Below, in pieces: positions 58,059 through 64,000 of a stretch of DNA of 64,000 bases. The DNA comes from an uncultured Acidimicrobiaceae bacterium. Its GTDB lineage: Bacteria > Actinomycetota > Acidimicrobiia > Acidimicrobiales > RAAP-2. The DNA lies in contig CAWFMN010000004.1 in assembly GCA_963817005.1 (NCBI GenBank), positions 1,125,358 to 1,189,357 of the forward strand, in the 5' to 3' direction. Below the pieces are notes generated by a model, which was given only the letters and a program-made list of their open reading frames with translations, was not told the DNA's origin and did not search any database. Both the position numbers and the translations under genes were made by a program. How positions within the stretch are numbered: the stretch's first letter is position 1; every line of letters starts with the position of its first letter.

Positions 58059-58715
58059 CCGGTCAATCTAGCCAGCCGGGCGGCGGCGGGACGGGGGTCG
58101 GTCGGCGGCCGAAAACCGCGCCGGGCTCAGGAGGCTTCGACGGTGAACCGCTCGACCGGATGCGAGCCGGCCGCCACGGTTGCCTGGCGTGGTGGCGAGC
58201 CCGCCTCGCTACCGGTCGATCCGGTTCGGACACGTACCCCGCCCAGGAGTCCAGGATCCGGAGCCCGTTGGCTCGCATTGAGTGGTGATTGCAACGCTAT
58301 CTGTGGGTTATTTGCCGCTCCAAGATAGATAGTGAGGCGACCTATTGCGCACCCAAGACGTGTGCCATAGTTTCGAAATTGACGGCAACGGGGGGCGATC
58401 AAAAGGGGCAGGGGTGCAGTCGTGGGGCTAGGGGCGTGGAGGTCGGATCCGTCCGACGTGGGGTATCTCGGGGGCACGGGCGTTGGTTCCGGCGCACCAT
58501 GACGGGGATGCCGTGCGCCTGACGGTGGACGCGGCCGACACATCCGGGGACCGCCGTCAGCCGGGCATCGTGGCTGACGGCGCGTCTTCCCTCTTCGGTC
58601 AAACCTCCTGGTCCGCCGGCTGACGACGAGCGTCGTCGTCGGTGTTCTCGTCGAACCATCAACAACATTGGCAGGGGTGTCCTCGATGGATGCTCGGTCT
58701 GAAAAGGGAGTATCC

Positions 58716-60626
58716 ATGCGAAGTTATCGAGCTTTGAAGATAGTGGCCCTCGCCGCTGCGGTGGCCGCCTCACTGGTGGGGACGGCGACTGCGGCCTCGG
58801 CCTCGGCCTCGACGTCTGTGTCGACGCCGACGGTGACGCTGTCCACCAACGCGCCCGGCGCCACGGCCACGTACGCCATCCAGTTCCGGGCCACGAGCGG
58901 GCTGACCCCCGGATCGAGCACCATCACCTTGAACACGGCGAGTGGTGCATTTCCTTCGGGATCGGCCAACTATTCGGTCGGGGCCCAGGGTCGAACGGCG
59001 GTCGTCACCGTCGCGCCCGGCTTCTTCGGCCCGGCCGTGCAGCTGACCGTGCCGACGCTGGGTACGTTGGCCGCGGTCTCCCCCAACGCCATCGTCACGG
59101 TGACGGTGACCGGAGTCGTCAACGCCGGCGCCGGCGCGTACTCCATGAGCGTCTCCACCTCCGATGACCAGGTGGCGGCAACCAGCGCCTCCTACACCAT
59201 CGGCACGGCCACCCAGCTGGTGGCCTCCGGCGGCAACAACCAGACCGCCGCTGTCGGTACGCAGTTCCTGACCCACCTCGGGGCCAGCTTGAAGGATGCC
59301 GCCAACGCGCCGGTCCTGCAGGCCGGCGTGCCGGTGACCTTCACCGCGCCGTCCGCCTGCGCCAGCGGTACCTTCCTCACCGGTGGCACCAACAGCACGA
59401 CGGTGAACACCACCGCCAGCGGGATCGCCACCGCGTCCTTCTTCACTGCCAACGGCATCGCCGGTACGTACACGGTGACGGCGACCACCGCCGGGCTCCC
59501 CGTCGCCACGTTCACGGAGACCAACAGCGGCACGTCGGCTCCCTGTGCTCCGGCCATCGGAACCGCCACCGCGGGTGACGGGAGCGCCACGGTGACCTGG
59601 TCGGCGCCGGCCTCCAACGGCAACTCGGCCATCACCGGCTACACGGTCACGGCCTCACCCGGGGGAGCCAGTGCCACCGCCGCCGGCTCGGCCACCTCGG
59701 TGGTCGTGCCCGGCCTGACCAACGGCACGGCCTACACGTTCAAGGTGACGGCCACCAACGGCGTGGGTCCGAGCGGTGTGTCGGCGGCATCGAACGCCGT
59801 CACCCCCGAACCCCCGGGTCCGGTCACGTCGCCATCCGACCACGGCTACTGGCTGGTGGGCGGGGACGGCGGCATCTTCACCTTCGGCTCGGCCAACTTC
59901 TGGGGGTCCACTGGATCCCTCAAGTTGAGCCGACCGGTCGTGGGCATTACCCCGACCCAGTCCCGCCAGGGCTACTGGCTGGATGCATCCGACGGCGGGA
60001 TCTTCGCCTTCGGCGACGCCGGCTTCTACGGCTCCATCCCCGGTCTGGGCATCCTCCCGGCCGGCTACCCGGGGGGCGGGCGCAAGCTCGCCGCACCGGT
60101 GGTGGGCATGGTGCCCTCGGCTGACGGCGGTGGGTACTTCATGGTGGCCGCCGACGGCGGGGTCTTCGCCTTCGGCGACGCAGTGTTCGCCGGATCGTGC
60201 CCGGCCATCGGAGGCTGTGCGGGTGCAGCCGTGGCCGTCATGCCCGACGCCACCGGCAACGGCTACTGGCTGGTGACTGCCACCGGCCACGTCTACGCCT
60301 TCGGTGACGCACCGGTGCTCGGGTCGCCGGGAGCGGTGAGCTCCCCGGTCACCTCGGCCGTCCGCACCCACGACGGGAACGGCTACTGGATCCTCCTGGC
60401 CAACGGCACCGTCCTCAACTTCGGGGATGCCGCCGGCCTCGGTGGTCCGGTGGGGCATGCCTCGGGTCTCAACCCGGCCACGGCCATCTTCGCCACTGCC
60501 ACCGGCGGCGGCTACTGGGTGGCCCTGGCCGACGGCTCGGTGTACTCCTACGGCGACGCTCCCTATGACGGCGGCATGAACGGCAACCACCTGAACGCCC
60601 CGATCATCGCGGGGACGGGCTGGTAG
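58716..60626 (+). CDS. secreted multidomain protein: Ig-like domains, Big_1-like domain, fibronectin type III domain, six diverged 40-aa GYW..DGG.F.FGDA repeats
   Basis: ATG 58716 follows AAGGGAG. Signal: MRSYRALKIVALAAAVAASLVGTATAASA. Big-like: GGNNQTAAVGTQF..VPVTFTAP..GIAGTYTVTATTAG. FN3: ATVTWSAPASNGNSAITGYTVTASP..TAYTFKVTATNGVG. Repeats: GYWLVGGDGGIFTFGSANFWGS, GYWLDASDGGIFAFGDAGFYGS, GYFMVAADGGVFAFGDAVFAGS and three more. Confidence 0.8.
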   Translation: MRSYRALKIVALAAAVAASLVGTATAASASASTSVSTPTVTLSTNAPGATATYAIQFRATSGLTPGSSTITLNTASGAFPSGSANYSVGAQGRTAVVTVAPGFFGPAVQLTVPTLGTLAAVSPNAIVTVTVTGVVNAGAGAYSMSVSTSDDQVAATSASYTIGTATQLVASGGNNQTAAVGTQFLTHLGASLKDAANAPVLQAGVPVTFTAPSACASGTFLTGGTNSTTVNTTASGIATASFFTANGIAGTYTVTATTAGLPVATFTETNSGTSAPCAPAIGTATAGDGSATVTWSAPASNGNSAITGYTVTASPGGASATAAGSATSVVVPGLTNGTAYTFKVTATNGVGPSGVSAASNAVTPEPPGPVTSPSDHGYWLVGGDGGIFTFGSANFWGSTGSLKLSRPVVGITPTQSRQGYWLDASDGGIFAFGDAGFYGSIPGLGILPAGYPGGGRKLAAPVVGMVPSADGGGYFMVAADGGVFAFGDAVFAGSCPAIGGCAGAAVAVMPDATGNGYWLVTATGHVYAFGDAPVLGSPGAVSSPVTSAVRTHDGNGYWILLANGTVLNFGDAAGLGGPVGHASGLNPATAIFATATGGGYWVALADGSVYSYGDAPYDGGMNGNHLNAPIIAGTGW

Positions 60627-60664
60627 CCGGACCGTTGCACCGGTAGGACCTCGCGGCATCATCC

Positions 60665-60699
60665 GTCGGGCCGGAGCAGGTGTACTGCTCCGGCCCGAC
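60665..60699. terminator. 15-bp perfect stem-loop between convergent genes (candidate bidirectional terminator)
   Basis: GTCGGGCCGGAGCAG-gtgta-CTGCTCCGGCCCGAC read directly. A weak T tract (GCATTTCC) follows on the + strand. Confidence 0.5.
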
Positions 60700-60720
60700 G
60701 CATTTCCAGTCCCCGACGGG

Positions 60721-61854
60721 TCACAGCGCGGTGTAGAGGGCGTCCATGAGGGCCCGGTTGCGGGAGCTCTGCCACCGGGGGATGACGTGGTTCATGACGT
60801 AGCCGAAGGCCACCCTTGCCTCGGGGTCGGCGTACCCGACGGCACCGCCGGTGCCGAAGTGGCCGAAGCTGCCCCGGTTGGGCCCGAACGGCCGACGGGC
60901 CGTGGTGGGCTTGAACCCCAGACCGAAGGTGACCTCCTCCCCCAGCACGGGGCAGTACCCCTCGGACTGGGGGGACGTGGCCTCGGCCAGCAGCTCGGCC
61001 GACAGGAGCCGGCCGGGCACGAGCAGCCCGTCGTACAGCCGGGCGATACCCCCGGCGGTGGCGTGACCGTTGGTGGAGGGGATCTCGGCCGCCCGCCACG
61101 CAGCCGTGTTGACGAGGCCCATCGAGGAGTAGCCCGGAGGGTTGAAGTAGCCGAGCATGGCCATCAGCTGGTCGCCGGCGAGGGCGGCGAAGTCGACCTC
61201 CTCGGTAGGGCCCGGCCCGGCCCAGATCACCTCGGCACAGCGATGCTGCTCGGCGGGAGGCACCCCGAACCAGACGTCGGCGTCCAGTGGATCCGCCGAC
61301 GCGTGCAACCGGGCCCCACAGGACTGCCCGCTGGCCCGCCGCACCACCTCACCCACCAGGTGTCCGTAGGTGTTGGTGTGGTACGCGTGACGGGTCCCCG
61401 GCTCCCACCAGGGGGCCGTGGCGGCCAGGGCGCCGGCCATCCGGCTCCAGTCCCAGAGGTCCTGGTCGGTCAGCGGTTCGCGGATGGCGGGCACCCCGGC
61501 GCGGTGACACAGGGCGTGCCGCAGGGTGGCACGTTCCTTTCCCGCGGCGCCGAACTCGGGCCACAGGGAGCTGACGGGGTCGTCCAGGCCCACACGGCCC
61601 TCCTCCACCAGCTGCAGGGCGAGCAGGGCCACCAGGGGCTTCCCCACCGAGTACACGTCCACCAGGGTGTCGGGTCGCCACGCTCGGCCGCGTGACTCAT
61701 CGGCCCAGCCCCCCACCAGGTCCACGACCACCCGGTGGTCGACCATGACGCAGACACCGGCTCCCACCTCCCCCCGGTCGAGGAAGTTACGCGCGAACTC
61801 CTCGGCCACACCGGTGAAGCGGGAGTCGCACCGCCCGGAGATGGGGACGTCCAC
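60721..61854 (-). CDS. serine hydrolase, beta-lactamase/EstB-like family
   Basis: VDVYSVGKPLVAL (SxxK), YHTNTYGHLVGEV, FGHFGTGGAVGYADPE; 377 aa. Confidence 0.8.
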   Translation of the reverse strand: MDVPISGRCDSRFTGVAEEFARNFLDRGEVGAGVCVMVDHRVVVDLVGGWADESRGRAWRPDTLVDVYSVGKPLVALLALQLVEEGRVGLDDPVSSLWPEFGAAGKERATLRHALCHRAGVPAIREPLTDQDLWDWSRMAGALAATAPWWEPGTRHAYHTNTYGHLVGEVVRRASGQSCGARLHASADPLDADVWFGVPPAEQHRCAEVIWAGPGPTEEVDFAALAGDQLMAMLGYFNPPGYSSMGLVNTAAWRAAEIPSTNGHATAGGIARLYDGLLVPGRLLSAELLAEATSPQSEGYCPVLGEEVTFGLGFKPTTARRPFGPNRGSFGHFGTGGAVGYADPEARVAFGYVMNHVIPRWQSSRNRALMDALYTAL

Positions 61855-61866
61855 CCACGCAGTCTG

Positions 61867-62787
61867 TCATCGGGAGCGGGTCCCGGCAGCTCCGGGCCGA
61901 GACAGGTTCCCGCTCCCCCCGGTCACTTGCCGGGCCGCGGTCAGGAATATCCCGTCACCGGCGGACGAAACCCCCCGCAAGCACGCCTCGACCAGCTTGA
62001 CCTGGTGGGGGTCCCCGCTCCCGGCGGCCAGGACGCCGAGGCCCGGGTCCCAGTCGTGGTCCTCGTCGGTCGCCGCGTCGGGGGTGACCGCCGGGTACAT
62101 GGCCGCGTGTTCTGCCCGGACCTGGGCCAGGGCGGCCTGCCCCTCTGCGGGACCGAGGTGTCCCACCAGCAGGTCAACGGCCATGGCCCCGGTCACACCG
62201 TGCAGGAAGACGATGGACGGTTGGGCGACGAAGTGACGTGCCCCCAGGGCGGCAGCGGCCACTACCGCGCCATCGACCGCTTCGGGACGCCCACCCGTCG
62301 GCGGGGGGAGGGCCGGGGCGCACCGTGCCGCCCAGTAGGCCAAGGACCGGGCCAGTTCGGCACGCCGGGCCGTCGTGTCGGCCGCGTCGATGGCCCGGAC
62401 GGCGTGGCCGGTGCGGATGACCCCGTGGAACAGGGCGGCCCGCAGACCGGGGACGAGTCGGGGTACCCACTCCCCCACCACGCTCCGCCAATCCTGGCCG
62501 TCAAGGGATTGCTCGAAGTGGCCGATCCACTCCGGGAGCCTCTGATAGTCACCTAGGGCGTCGATCCATCCGCTCCCCGAGAACGAGCTCGGGGCCTCGG
62601 GTCGGGGACCCGCTCCGACCATCTCGACAAACCTCCGCGACCAGCCGTCGATCTGATCGGCCAGGCCGAGGGCGTCCAGAGCCTCACAGGCCATCGGACC
62701 GTGGTTCACGAAACCGTTGGGCAGCTCGAAATCCGAGGCCGCCATACGGTCGAACGCCTCGTCCAGTGCTGCTGATGACTCGCTCAT
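61867..62787 (-). CDS. DUF4243 / questin-oxidase-like protein
   Basis: NGFVNHGPMACEALDALG, LFHGVIRTGHAVRA, VFLHGVTG; 306 aa. The family call is from memory of these motifs. Confidence 0.55.
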   Translation of the reverse strand: MSESSAALDEAFDRMAASDFELPNGFVNHGPMACEALDALGLADQIDGWSRRFVEMVGAGPRPEAPSSFSGSGWIDALGDYQRLPEWIGHFEQSLDGQDWRSVVGEWVPRLVPGLRAALFHGVIRTGHAVRAIDAADTTARRAELARSLAYWAARCAPALPPPTGGRPEAVDGAVVAAAALGARHFVAQPSIVFLHGVTGAMAVDLLVGHLGPAEGQAALAQVRAEHAAMYPAVTPDAATDEDHDWDPGLGVLAAGSGDPHQVKLVEACLRGVSSAGDGIFLTAARQVTGGSGNLSRPGAAGTRSR

Positions 62788-62826
62788 GCTCGTCCCCTCC
62801 CGGCGTGGAGCCCACCCCTCAGGAAC

Positions 62827-62857
62827 AGGATAAAACTTGAAGTGGGCTTGAGGTCAA
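62827..62857 (-). promoter_or_regulatory. MerR-family-type promoter (TTGACC-19 nt-TATCCT) containing a SoxR-box-like dyad
   Basis: Minus strand: TTGACCTCAAGCCCACTTCAAGTTTTATCCT. The -35 is the complement of 62852-62857 and the -10 the complement of 62827-62832, with a 19-nt spacer. The dyad CCTCAAG-CCCA-CTTCAAG matches CCTCAAG-N4-CTTGAGG with 2 mismatches. It lies about 40 nt upstream of ATG 62787. Confidence 0.5.
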
Positions 62858-63119
62858 GAGGACGAGCTCCCGTATGACCAGTGACCGGTGACCGTGGCGC
62901 CCGGGCCGGCCCAGGCCTCCGCCGATCAGCCAGACCGGTTCCCGCCGATGAGATCGCTCGGTCGGTCCGGACCTCCGCACCGGGCCACCCGCCGGTCGGG
63001 CGGCTCCACGACGGAGCCGCGCCGGCTCTGCCGCCCACGCTGGGGGATCGTATGCTCATGCCATCGGACGACTGGAGAATGTCCGGCAGAGGGGCCTCAG
63101 CGAAAGATTTGAGGCAACT

Positions 63120-63867
63120 GTGACCATCACCACCGATCACCGGACCGAGACGGCCCGCCCCACATCGGCCTTTGACGACCTTCGGGCCCTCTTCATCAAC
63201 TGCACCTTGAAGGTTTCGCCAGAGTTGTCGAACACCCAGGGGCTGGCCGACCGGTCGATCGACATCATGCGGCAGCAGGGCGTGACCGTCGACGTGGTGC
63301 GTGCCGTCGATCACGACATCGCCACGGGTGTGTGGCCGGACATGACGGAGCACGGTCACGCCGTGGATGCGTGGCCGGCCATCTTCGAACAGGTGATGGC
63401 ATCCGACATCCTGGTGCTGTGCACCCCGATCTGGCTGGGCGAGAAGTCCTCCGTCTGCACCAGGGTCATCGAGCGCCTGTACGGCGGCTCCCACCTGCTG
63501 AACGATGCCGGGCAGTACGCCTACTACGGTCGCGTCGGCGGCTGCCTGGTGACCGGCAACGAGGACGGGGTCAAGCACTGTGCCATGAACATCCTCTACT
63601 CCCTTCAGCACCTGGGTTATGTGATCCCTCCGCAAGCCGACTCCGGGTGGATCGGCGAGGCGGGACCAGGTCCCTCCTACCTGGATCCGGGATCGGGCGG
63701 TCCCGAGAACGACTTCACCAACCGGAACACCACGTTCATGACGCTGGAACCTGCTCCACCTGGCCCGGATGATCAGGCAGGCCGGTGGGATCCCGGCCCA
63801 CGGTAATCAGCGTTCCGAATGGGATGCCGGTTGCCGGTTCGACTTCGCCAATCCCGACTACCGCTGA
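63120..63867 (+). CDS. flavodoxin-like NAD(P)H-dependent FMN reductase family protein; frameshift at about 63744
   Basis: LFINCTLKVSPELSNT, ILVLCTPIWLGEKSS, GCLVTGNEDG. After FMT the conserved tail WNLLHLARMIRQAGGIPAHGNQRSEWDAGCRFDFANPDYR is read in the +1 frame and ends at TGA 63865-63867. Confidence 0.75.
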
Positions 63868-64000
63868 GCTCGGTACGGCGGGCTCCACCGTCAGGGCGGC
63901 CGCCAGCCCGCCACGGCCCGGTCTGGACTCGAGGGTGCGATCGTGCTCGACCCATCGCCGCCCGTCTCGTCCTCAGCGCACCAACCGGAAGAAGGATCGG

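Noticed and set aside
58470-58505. tRNA-like 3' end (GGTTCCGGCGCACCA).
   Set aside because: No cloverleaf can be drawn. The segment after the T-loop-like GGTTCC is too short for a T-stem plus acceptor stem, and no anticodon or D arms lie upstream.
58400-58640. Possible c-di-AMP (ydaO) or other riboswitch upstream of the secreted protein gene.
   Set aside because: There is only a vague GGGGACC resemblance. I could not find the paired conserved ydaO segments by eye. It is kept only as an unexplained structured leader in the findings.
58127-58717. 196-aa minus-strand ORF filling the long intergenic region.
   Set aside because: The composition is dominated by Arg/Pro/Thr, with no motifs and no RBS. 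It ends antisense to the start of a well-supported gene.
63868-64000. Possible partial gene at the right edge (ORF 63773..63955 minus, and TCA at 63974).
   Set aside because: Only a few dozen nucleotides are available, the 60-aa ORF is Arg/Gly-rich, and no motif supports a call.

Overview
High-GC (about 70%) actinobacterial-type chromosome segment. The lineage call is an inference from the mycobacterial-type LexA box, F420/LLM enzymes, a DUF222 HNH gene and apparently leaderless starts, possibly Acidimicrobiia-like. About 55 genes are supported.

Gene content:
- 229-13666: a lipid/steroid-like beta-oxidation cluster with acyl-CoA dehydrogenases, two acyl-CoA ligases, two crotonases, a thiolase/DUF35/HMG-CoA-synthase-like trio and an amidohydrolase. 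Its left 4 kb is riddled with frameshifts and bracketed by two different 8-bp microsatellites.
- 13728-18848: a minus-strand operon holding a MurD-like ligase translationally coupled to a PP-loop protein (candidate MurD2/MurL L-Glu ligase/epimerase route).
- 20305-23349: a DUF222 HNH endonuclease next to an IS3-family element.
- 23496-35072: housekeeping and redox genes, including a BCCP-carboxyltransferase fusion, a GNAT-AAA+ fusion and alkB.
- 43287-51456: a glycosyltransferase cluster.
- 51453-63867: coaA, an F420-type LLM oxidoreductase, secreted multidomain proteins and several small or redox genes.

Most interesting locus: a five-gene operon (35150-41493, minus) preceded by a cobalamin-riboswitch-like leader. 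It encodes a secreted terpene-cyclase-like toroid protein carrying six near-identical 40-aa repeats, a DUF4430-like anchored protein, and ECF T, A-A and S components. I read this as a possible split, surface-exposed transcobalamin-like corrinoid capture system.

Other signals:
- a perfect 38-bp palindrome containing a perfect LexA box directly upstream of alkB
- a MerR/SoxR-type 19-bp-spacer promoter
- a G-quadruplex-type repeat
- an uncharacterised 40-aa repeat module shared by two secreted proteins

Many CDS carry single frameshifts, and most of those inspected lie in short (2-6 nt) homopolymer runs. Sequence quality versus real pseudogenisation cannot be resolved from the sequence alone. 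No tools were run; all family calls come from reading motifs in the supplied translations.
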